IMG/VR virus record: IMGVR_UViG_3300025131_008220
Span: 1 to 64,000 of that record
Length of the DNA: 64,000 nucleotides
Source: a virus
Direction: 5' to 3' (one strand)
Every line of letters starts with the position of its first letter. Position 1 is the stretch's first letter. Shown piece by piece: positions 58,101 to 64,000 of the stretch. The translations under genes were made by a program, and so were the position numbers. The notes beneath the pieces were generated by a model that was given only the letters and a program-made list of their open reading frames with translations, made no database searches and had not been told where the DNA came from.

Positions 58101-61100
58101 TAACTATAACAGAATCAGAACTTAAATAAAATCTATAGCCAGATACAGAATGGTACAAGCCGTCGTCTTCGTCTTCTTTCAAACTACCGTAAAGGGAGTA
58201 GGCAGTATTAGTCGTTGATAAGTCAGCATTAGATATAACTAACATAGCGTTAGCGTTAACCACCACAGAAGCCGTTCTAGAGAAGTTCCTTGCCGTTATA
58301 GGCATGTTGGTCATGTTAACAACAGCAACCTGCTTTAAATTAGTATAAGCGTCAGGCAATATTATTTCTCTATCTTCATTATATTCTTCGTCTTCGTTTG
58401 GAGTATAAAATACAAAGTTTAACGCTTGCTTAGTTCCCCCTGCAGGGGTATACGTGAATTGACTTTGAGCGTTATCTATTCCTAGATTTGCTCTATCTGG
58501 AATATGTATTTCGTTTTTAGGGTAGTATATAACATCTCTATTTGCTACGCTTTGGTCTTGCAAAGTGAAAGCGCCATTACCGTCATGTTTGTAGGCTCTA
58601 TTTTTAAGTAAAGTATCAGTGCTGCTATCTTGTGTGTTTTTAATGGTAACTGAATCTAAACCGCCATTAATAAAATAATCATTATCAAAGTCATTGTCTG
58701 TTAAAGCAGCTTGAGCAGTAAACACTCCACTTGTTATAATTTGATTTTTACTAGCTGCCGCAGCTGTTGCTTTATTTATATCCAAACTATCAACTGAGCC
58801 ATCTAAACCAATCAAAGTATGGACCCCAGAGAAAGCTAGACCTCCTTGAGTATAAGAGCCGTCAGAGGCACTGAATAGCTCCACAGACTCTTTGTTGCCT
58901 AAAGAGCTGACAATAGTAGAGTCGTCAGAGTAAGCTTTTATATTTTGAGAACCGCCTAAGTTTATTATTGAAACCTTACCATAGTCTAAGGCATCTGTAT
59001 AAAAGGTCTCTGAGAAGAATGTATAGTCAGAAACACTGGCATAAGTAACTGGGACAGATAGAGCCTTATCTGAGTATAAAAGGAACTCGTTTTCATTTAC
59101 TACTTTGACAAACAAAGTTTGAGTCATTAAGTCTGCTTCGTCTACGTCTGCATCCAGAGCCGAGCCAGCAGCAAAAGTAAAAGGTATAGAATTTGATGTA
59201 GTCTTTGCAGTAGCGGCGCTGAGACCATTAGAGTATAAGTCGTATATATTTCCAGCCCCTACAGGAGTTCCCCCCGACTCCTTGTTAGAACCCACTCCAA
59301 TCCTTATAAACATTTTCCCAGCTTCTAATGGCCCATTCGTATCCCACTGAAAAGTGTAATAATACTCATTAAAAGTACCAATTAAAGGCTCCGGTATAGT
59401 AAAATAGTCCTCGACCAAGTACCTATAGCTTCCATCGGTCCCATTGTCTACATATCGAAAATATGTATCTGATTGAGTGTCATAAACCAATAAAGTATCC
59501 CCTTCTGCTATGCTGTGAGAGCCTATAGTTCCATTAAAAGTATCCTTCGCTGAGTCCCAATCAGAAGTTTCAAAATAATAATCAACCAAAGTCAACCTAT
59601 CGCACGGGAAGACCATTTTATGATTTGTAACAAGACCATGATTACTTAAATTAAACTTATTGCTCCCAGTAAGAGAAACCTTAGAGAGCTGGAATGCCTC
59701 ACCTTCTGATGCTGGCGCATATTTATTAACCTTACCCTCGGAAAAGAAAGATCGCAAGGCCACGTTACTTAAAGAGCCGTCAAGAACAAGAAAGTCCTCA
59801 TCACTCAAAGCAGGGGAAGAGAAGCTTTCAATAGGGGTGGTTCGAAAGTTATCGTAGTTAGTAGCAATCTCTACGTCTTCGTCTTCAAAATAATCATAAG
59901 TTGACGCGCTAAAACCCTCCAAGGAGTCCATGGTAACGCTAGTTATATCACTGTTATCACTTATAGCCGCAGCTGGGTACAATACGTTCGACAGGCTTTC
60001 GGCCGCGTTTACAAACGTTAAAGCAAAGCCCCTGTTGTAGTCAAAATCAGTTAGGTTTGTCTTCAAAGTAGGTAGCTCGACAGCAAATTCTTCATTTCTA
60101 CTTATCAAAACTCTTTCTTTTGCATCACTTGGTTGATTAAACTTATATTTATTAGAATTTTTATTCTGTGGGTCGGCCCCAATAAACTCTACATAGAACT
60201 TGTTTTCTCCCCCTGATCCTTGCCCTATGATATGCGAGCTTTTACCAACCCTCACCAAGTCTTTATTAGATAAATTATCTACTACATACCTATGGAAACC
60301 CGAGTCCTCTTGGTCATTAAATTTATATACATTGTCTTCTGACTCTAGGTCATACGCCAAGGTAGTGCTAGGATGAGCAGAGATAAAGAAAAACTCAAAG
60401 TTAGTTGGGTAAGTGTCTTTTTTAAATTTAAGTTGTATTTTTTCTGAAGAGCCAGAGTAGGAAAAGATTTTTCCGTGTGACCGAGAGTCTATTATAATCT
60501 GAGAACCAGTTATAGCACTTATGTTAGTAAAGGACCACCCATAGGATTTCTTTTCCACCCTTACTCCAATAACACCCGGGGGAGCGCTATACTCTAGATG
60601 GCCGTCAATAAAAATTCTCATTGTAGGGGTCCTTTCGTCCCTTAGAAAATCAAAGCTTATATCGTTAACCTGAGATCTTACGACGCTGAAATTAAAACCC
60701 TCGGTAGTGCTATCAGAATTTACTCTAACATCCACATCCTCATTATGAATAAATACCTCTTTATTGTCTGATGACTTTACATTTAATTGATTATATCTGA
60801 TCACCTCTATGTTGCTAGTTGACCAGTTTCGTATAGTTTTTCCCCCGGACTCAGACTTAGAACAAGTAAATTTTCTAGTAGTTTGCCTAGGTATATAGTC
60901 AACTGATTTTGAATCTATTTTATAGCCCGACTCAGATACAACCTTTATCTCGTCATCTGTAGCGTTTAAAAACGATACATGCTCGCCTCCTGCAAAGCCG
61001 CTAGGCAATACAAGAGTGGAGTTAGTATCTATAACGCCTGTTATGTCGACATCGTTTTCGGTTAATACTATCTTGTCATGATCAATAACTATAACACCAG

Positions 61101-64000
61101 AATCAATATGATTGAGCCTCTGGGCAGACGCATTGTAAGACACTCCAGACAAAGACCCTAGGCCATCACGGCCAGCTATACCATCAACCAATGAGCAATC
61201 CCCAGTAGAAATATTTACCAAAGTGCACGCGCTATCTATATTTGAGTTTGATACAGAAACCTTGCTTACGTCCTCCACTAAGACCAGACTTTCATCAATG
61301 TCTTGTCCTACTTTGGCATCTGGCAGAACTGTAATAACGCCAGAGACTTCGTCCCCAGATGAATCAAAAGAGCCATCAGAATCAACTCTAATGGTTCTTG
61401 CTTTTTCTGTACTAGAAGTAAGAGCCGGTGAAGAGTAAGCCGCGTCTGGGCTATCAAACAACTTAACAGTTGAGGAACCAATATTTACAATATCAAAATG
61501 ATAATTGTTCCCAATAAATATGCCGCTAGCATTTGTACCAGAAACTAAAAAGGTCTTACCTATATCATCAGCAGTAACAGTAAATTCGCCAGTCATCACA
61601 GGGGAATTTAAGAAGTCGTAAGCTGGCTTATAGGAAACACCACTGACCCCTGTCTCAATAGACGAGTCTGATAGGCCCGTAGTAAAGGACGAGCAAGTAA
61701 AATTGATAAGAGACTCGCTAGGAGCAGTATCGTTCGCTGTATATATATCAAAATTTTCTAGCTCGTCTAAATGGCTACCTGTTATAGAAGGGTCATAGAG
61801 GACCTTCGTCTGCCTCGCATCTAAGATTACATTTTCTCCAGTCTTAATTGAACCATGAGATTTCTCGACTCTATTTATTGAAAGACCACTAGGCTTAGGC
61901 CCTATAACACTTTTTACAGTCTCTAAAGAACTAACGCTGCCTCCGTATACCCTCAGGCCGGTCATACCCGCAACCTCATACGGTTTTCTATCTTCTATGT
62001 CAGTATAAGTAACCGTAGAAGTTTTGTCTAGAGCCATAGTTACATTCTCTACTTTAAGCGTGTCACTAACATCGCTGCTAAATAATATACTCTCGTTAGG
62101 GTCTTTATATACTACATATGTGGTATCAGAGTCTAAATGAACAGCTACTTGGTTAGCTTGGTCATAAACAGAGTAGTGTTGAGAATCTAAAGGCGAATCA
62201 ATAGCGCCCTCCATCTGCCCTTTGTCGCCAGCGGCTTTCTGCGTTAAGTCTAGAAGGGTACCAGAAGTAGGTATAGTCACCTCCATGGGCAATAAATTAA
62301 CCTTTTTTAGCACCTGTGTATTAAGAGAGCCATCGGAGATAGATATATTCTGCTTTTTCTTTATTCTAATCTCTATATCCTCAGGCTTATACTTATCCGT
62401 TATGTCGGTTTTTATTATTAAAGTCGGCAGCAGCGTAACATTATCTATGTTGTCGAAAGAGTTTGGTCTTAACCCTTCTAAATCATTATAAAACATTGGA
62501 TAGCCTACATGGCTTTCTGTAGAATCTACATCTGTCCAATTAGAACCTTCATCAATTGAATATTGGAGTTGATAGTCCCAACCAGATTGAGATCCCCTTG
62601 ATTCTTTATGCCCAACATCGCCGACAACAACAGCGTGTTTTGTATAAAGCCTATAAACATATCTAGTTATCCTGAGCCTAGAGGCGCTAGAGTAGGACGC
62701 GCTGTCACTAGATACAAGCGGAATTGTAGACGTATCTTCTCCGCCCTTTTTAGCGAAGCGCATAGACCTCATACTTTTACCTCTATCTAGGAACTCATAC
62801 AGATAAGGAGCCCTTCCTTTATTAAAGTTATCTGTACTACGAGCCTCATCCCTAACGTTGAAAAAATAATTATCCAATACGATTCCGTCAAAAGCTGAGA
62901 TGTTACCGCTAGAGTCTCTGAATATAGGCCTACCTTCATAGTTTTTATTTATATGGGGGTTATTAGGCGCTCTATAGGCGTAGCCCTGCAGATAATTAAC
63001 TAAAGCCCTCGTCCTTGAATCTGTCTCAAGTTTTCCATATTCGTTGGTGCCCTCAGCCAGAGCATCTTGCAGCCATTCATATGCATGAAAAGTGGTCTCA
63101 TCAGACATATCAGCTATATGATCCAGATAGTTGTCAGGAGGACCAACGTTATCAAACTGATTCCTGTTAATGATCCAGTCATTTTTAGCAGACTTTGCTC
63201 TATTGTATTTTAATTTTAAAACTCTGTACCTTATCTTTCCGCTATCTACTTTAAAGTCAGTCTTAGAGTCGTCTGTTGTCTTCCCCTTATGCAAAGATTT
63301 TCCAACATAGAACCTTACTTGATAAAGCTCAGCATTCAGCCCTTTTCCTATTGTTAAGGCCTTAGTAGAATCAAAAGAGTAGTCGTCGTAACCGCATTCT
63401 ATATATTTGAATTTCTCATTAGTTTTAGCATCTGTTTTTAAAACTTGAGCTTCTCCATCTACATATAAACACAATCTATATTCATCCTTACCGGACTTAA
63501 CTTTAGCTAACGCTATATGCTTCCAGCTAGATGTAGCTCCAATATCATGATCCCCTATGACAACTCCAAACGAGTCCCCCTTAAGCCTGACTGTCAACTT
63601 AGCAGAGCTGGGAGTTGAGGCGTCTATGGATAATTTTATTCCATTTTCTCTCTCAAATATAGTCCCAGTCTCAGATGCCGCCTTTATCCAAAACTCTAAA
63701 GAAAACTCTCCGTTCTGTATATTAAAAGATCTATGAGAAGGGATAGATAAGTACTGATCATCTTCACCGGGAAAACTAAAAGCTTTTATATCATCATCAC
63801 CATCCCCATCCCAATCTTCATCTATTAAAGCAATGGCTCCTGCTGATTCCGGATTCTTATTTATGGAGTGCTCTGTTTTTGATGCATCATAAATTCTGTC
63901 TGTAGTAGTGTTATCTATGCCACCTGTGCTTTTAAGTACTAAGCTGTCTGGAGATTCATTAGACAATCCTATTCCTTCGTAGTCGTCTACTATAGCTCCC
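49129..64000 (-). CDS. Giant putative virion (tail/baseplate/fibre) protein of at least 4,945 aa, 5' end outside window
   Basis: Uninterrupted ORF, and the frame stays open upstream of 63966 (GAIVDDYEGIG). LamG-like domain (FSLEFWIK, WKHIAL, LYVDG) and an ISKVMI.DSG..Y..PPTI.I...INAGTGY motif typical of phage structural proteins. Confidence 0.85.
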   Translation of the reverse strand, partial: GAIVDDYEGIGLSNESPDSLVLKSTGGIDNTTTDRIYDASKTEHSINKNPESAGAIALIDEDWDGDGDDDIKAFSFPGEDDQYLSIPSHRSFNIQNGEFSLEFWIKAASETGTIFERENGIKLSIDASTPSSAKLTVRLKGDSFGVVIGDHDIGATSSWKHIALAKVKSGKDEYRLCLYVDGEAQVLKTDAKTNEKFKYIECGYDDYSFDSTKALTIGKGLNAELYQVRFYVGKSLHKGKTTDDSKTDFKVDSGKIRYRVLKLKYNRAKSAKNDWIINRNQFDNVGPPDNYLDHIADMSDETTFHAYEWLQDALAEGTNEYGKLETDSRTRALVNYLQGYAYRAPNNPHINKNYEGRPIFRDSSGNISAFDGIVLDNYFFNVRDEARSTDNFNKGRAPYLYEFLDRGKSMRSMRFAKKGGEDTSTIPLVSSDSASYSSASRLRITRYVYRLYTKHAVVVGDVGHKESRGSQSGWDYQLQYSIDEGSNWTDVDSTESHVGYPMFYNDLEGLRPNSFDNIDNVTLLPTLIIKTDITDKYKPEDIEIRIKKKQNISISDGSLNTQVLKKVNLLPMEVTIPTSGTLLDLTQKAAGDKGQMEGAIDSPLDSQHYSVYDQANQVAVHLDSDTTYVVYKDPNESILFSSDVSDTLKVENVTMALDKTSTVTYTDIEDRKPYEVAGMTGLRVYGGSVSSLETVKSVIGPKPSGLSINRVEKSHGSIKTGENVILDARQTKVLYDPSITGSHLDELENFDIYTANDTAPSESLINFTCSSFTTGLSDSSIETGVSGVSYKPAYDFLNSPVMTGEFTVTADDIGKTFLVSGTNASGIFIGNNYHFDIVNIGSSTVKLFDSPDAAYSSPALTSSTEKARTIRVDSDGSFDSSGDEVSGVITVLPDAKVGQDIDESLVLVEDVSKVSVSNSNIDSACTLVNISTGDCSLVDGIAGRDGLGSLSGVSYNASAQRLNHIDSGVIVIDHDKIVLTENDVDITGVIDTNSTLVLPSGFAGGEHVSFLNATDDEIKVVSESGYKIDSKSVDYIPRQTTRKFTCSKSESGGKTIRNWSTSNIEVIRYNQLNVKSSDNKEVFIHNEDVDVRVNSDSTTEGFNFSVVRSQVNDISFDFLRDERTPTMRIFIDGHLEYSAPPGVIGVRVEKKSYGWSFTNISAITGSQIIIDSRSHGKIFSYSGSSEKIQLKFKKDTYPTNFEFFFISAHPSTTLAYDLESEDNVYKFNDQEDSGFHRYVVDNLSNKDLVRVGKSSHIIGQGSGGENKFYVEFIGADPQNKNSNKYKFNQPSDAKERVLISRNEEFAVELPTLKTNLTDFDYNRGFALTFVNAAESLSNVLYPAAAISDNSDITSVTMDSLEGFSASTYDYFEDEDVEIATNYDNFRTTPIESFSSPALSDEDFLVLDGSLSNVALRSFFSEGKVNKYAPASEGEAFQLSKVSLTGSNKFNLSNHGLVTNHKMVFPCDRLTLVDYYFETSDWDSAKDTFNGTIGSHSIAEGDTLLVYDTQSDTYFRYVDNGTDGSYRYLVEDYFTIPEPLIGTFNEYYYTFQWDTNGPLEAGKMFIRIGVGSNKESGGTPVGAGNIYDLYSNGLSAATAKTTSNSIPFTFAAGSALDADVDEADLMTQTLFVKVVNENEFLLYSDKALSVPVTYASVSDYTFFSETFYTDALDYGKVSIINLGGSQNIKAYSDDSTIVSSLGNKESVELFSASDGSYTQGGLAFSGVHTLIGLDGSVDSLDINKATAAAASKNQIITSGVFTAQAALTDNDFDNDYFINGGLDSVTIKNTQDSSTDTLLKNRAYKHDGNGAFTLQDQSVANRDVIYYPKNEIHIPDRANLGIDNAQSQFTYTPAGGTKQALNFVFYTPNEDEEYNEDREIILPDAYTNLKQVAVVNMTNMPITARNFSRTASVVVNANAMLVISNADLSTTNTAYSLYGSLKEDEDDGLYHSVSGYRFYLSSDSVIVSDGKLYRNYEKTKSKRDRYSISREGDIILDYDTHNGKKIVVDSQPNFLRPYLYKADGSGHYLNGTGENQIFRPISASEYFNFQIANISTSSLLISVEGDDNSYNPGIVSDLNEESELYRDGKLHPMVAYSVELDNFSVYPDDNPYYFRHISAVDDEQSVFNINHSSTSLDSSIDYHVFGKQLSLSLYVYYDKITSSDAEEINLKSLVEEAYTLSKNEEIDLTSDSEYYKIVGFGAENVSNINIINTVYENIKISSVVAVDAGSNNLSDDKKNSIAAKILSYFPEETEEEGYYLLSLDGDADFGIGSPYISQTDTANYLNKNKVLSLGIQDVMTSELGSFTGPFGFFFDDENKMQPLANEYNPYQITLNDTKDENGKIGSNVRLLKEKSVSLDIGVAEGSTFKHVFADQQNISLPSRQDMLELNNIYFTVVNASRNSSVLSCPEGASVFANATIAAGAAKKIKYSDGAFSDVTGDDDGVEVVTLSNAIFSSDSGVFITSKQNSVSGALAIHKDVGSIKIINNSKSPFHVKNYNASKTIEGASTYAIPAYAYCDFKVDSSENYIIDSDNRNVKLHTLKDGAVEISASIHKDKVVLFDAENVKAFNVTDDAYFTTTFVPLIIWSSVDSKLQRGGFTPDLSRLKKWSTNYALYNKYDDRIDISHSKPVKFDPSLSSKMEIKIPVCNMFEFILDESVKDKVVLSNRYYDYIFKHDQRTEFCLYNKDRSPVNLRKLDSNDNNFKDMGGDENDYEVDLLTGSTKCKIMISCAQEGTGDPTVTELQSYTEVAKGGDAAFEETTLYKNFYLNKPFYDGKIVIFKDPFDIIYSAKKDNTLIGNISNSQCRIFENKLRIEDFESDGVGSLPANKSMRALMVDDLTEDELEGRQIDMLRPKHFISTKNKVTVITQPADIEYTGTVDGLKIINASSKAVNITAGGKINKIYSSEKTAFTNSEELDYNLCPRFNRRDWFISLKDVHIPHLQKDPNYFNEEEQNAEWIIKKKESFNVNYVGTRYKFSNIFRTNLHWPSPPFIESDGLSGYESISNFDNPYKFGVVLYGDKKDSASSLLDYGIERKEIYYDKDSSDYILNGLKISWDMPARTIGYSISTGHERICYSKEFNERTGLVTVSGIESGKYYILEDFDGYYQIGDETVPVKYDFAPTAVRGAPGGTAYGSHKYTDVVSKEFFPVIWYNGKSYWPGEKFIGVAGKENYQIHYNYFAVVKASLFKAEGVDESDLAIKDIVEKETEALNEEIANKTEDDDYVDPTWTKVSEDYQKENFLNGRISNKVANGASYELIQGKKLKDIEGAFKKDYFEFKIPKDPDLDFSESFSDVTWTNKDNSTDKDYVLRVKFEDNKIDSPGYEYEIKSSLSFTNNTGKVVLSISLGARDSLPFVADGTISSLNLDFNTNEGQEYAMREGGGTHDSGITKTLAIAERDRRKSLKNHQGYSFIPFGINGGDTREQLGLSYNTSKGKQAYKAIRLRLKKLTERKLVFENLKKDYQIGSYLTNESETAGLKYYLDTEVSSISYHDIYRPGGVLRFSGENRNWRTIGATSSDKGDAYLSSNQLVIRGAISNGDAIVFKNSKGSIVGGKPYFARVTSQATSGNETKNTITLLKIFSSDSNLDSFNKVDADIEDTVSSADPNNELPGQVFKVVNYFDLETEDDGTYRSVKSCLGDDSVYGQPDSDSPVTSLNSPIVIGSRTFYLEPPLSEISSERVDSWATNNVLDGNKIRANLELSTAAKHWHGETYGGLGYGTVTGLDPDYTAIPASHWTSESFNIFSSWKNLLYRSNTQIERVSYTNSDSDKTVTLNIKLNTKQGYRYIYKKSSDIKSITLNGSVIFNEDDPLLNLSTSGVIFNTNEDLKVVLNYDVAEDTPETLGPEARTSKSVGAAGNFLRNKVFENLCIVEEADCIIDYPAETDGDNGEDLVGSPYFDYQIPMLNKGFRDQFKQVYESYDTEGHASLLSNSQKGEQLTASGLSRLDEHVAPISSSKDFTADLFFDMGMPAVCKYIYPYVNVAPGRSSLDFHITDFWDGFADGFGGLEEKQRTKPVRIRYDLENSSDGVSWSSVEEGLSHKGNKFSIEREGIDASKKYRIVITGVDISYKDKDSQELWQSKEKQISPMRLPFKWRSIIYDSDLSGDGVLNEEIDLYQHSLSMVENPDIKKSVSFPESGLVKFGTFDFKKHNRNVDLTLPCSRLYMFNLEHNMRANYKDPINRGGISKVMISDSGDNYRTPPTISIAEPDKKPSHFRKAQASSIIENGKLKFIEVINAGTGYADVDGLKTVKVEQYRSDVTPIIIHNLKIANLAGSPNKERGLDRISITDVPGLQLYKATITGNESSLPKEEQEEFGLTYEDTEKIADYTEYEELSESVNRGSVDFMKGSSEDDKEWGDIQAQADRIIKIKNFATSSIEQIKGSQNYGRSMPDEISEIKGTENEYVDGLFQEDQTDSSSVSNRSVEVKYQPGSDKPFIQYEVYPDVDPGEAWALANNSSIVEYRVVNNEIASKTTPWISSFSREDNPSLPQSFGILPGAAITAEVFNTYARAVNFMHKIRVEAPLYAKVRRFSQVEYRYINNPDMAGLTFPNLDSAGDADSSWGMGDDEYDYLTYENKSRINYIVYLDPDSNEVKVAHFSAFESDGGNSGDLKNITDYDADLGSPIWEDVDEELRDTPEAKKFKKDEDDPRTPKSIGLPNNVNIPKKLGVYCNPPMEYGDHPIKTEGLPLPTPINRRAYAYGGELVYKSEVFDVSSELWPLRPPVKDSSLGNSTVDGTQFDPVEGGVLVDIRGSEYIRAGYSNQIVFGCQTRDKPFLSAFLRTVKVWTEYEVVASPDFTRSLPVGLKEKYRPEESKLRCSLVEGRSTCEETKIGEVYKRNGRHSLCEGGASSTYNVTHSYEDLFDLSEGDDVIGPQETYAESSSIVQVPAKGTFKVEPEFDLAMAVYGANEYLYAVRKGIKGYGKTAYMGPCIHYCYPGQIKTLKVSNDPLVFDLKK

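Noticed and set aside
207-62790. Numerous short opposite-strand ORFs in the track (e.g. 2813..3085, 16885..17337, 38817..39029, 39058..39240, 48236..48568)
   Set aside because: Most are antisense shadows of well-supported genes or overlap the structured RNAs, and they have no recognisable motifs or expression signals.
1-64000. CRISPR or other repeat-spacer arrays, tRNA/rRNA genes, inteins, alternative genetic code
   Set aside because: No intergenic gap contains periodic repeats or cloverleafs. RNR, DnaE, DnaB and RecA show no large insertions, and genes are intact and tightly packed under the standard code.

Overview
This 64 kb window looks like part of a large dsDNA bacteriophage genome. 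The host is probably a PVC-superphylum bacterium such as Verrucomicrobiota, inferred from tandem prepilin/DUF1559-type genes and sigma54-type promoters. Positions 1-38.85 kb are transcribed on the minus strand and carry pilin-like and secreted proteins, a class II ribonucleotide reductase, a three-way split DnaE polymerase, primase, DnaB, RecA and several homing-type endonucleases. They continue with a ~18 kb glycan island (gmd, two NeuB, NeuA, three Maf/DUF115-like transferases, three 2OG-Fe(II) oxygenases, glycosyltransferases), an SSB-like gene and a sigma-factor-like gene. Positions 39.27-48.77 kb are on the plus strand and carry dCMP deaminase, dUTPase, dNMP kinase, Hsp20, a TylF methyltransferase, a GT4/GT9 pair and an annealase-like gene. 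A virion-type protein of at least 4,945 aa fills 49.1-64 kb on the minus strand and is open past the window edge. The strongest unexplained signals are two promoter-driven, highly structured non-coding segments. One is ~350 nt, sits at the strand-switch point and ends in a terminator just before the sigma-factor gene. The other is ~200 nt and precedes a small basic protein, and its 65-bp promoter cassette recurs in inverted form 13 kb away. All assignments are from motif recognition by eye. No database searches or folding programs were run.
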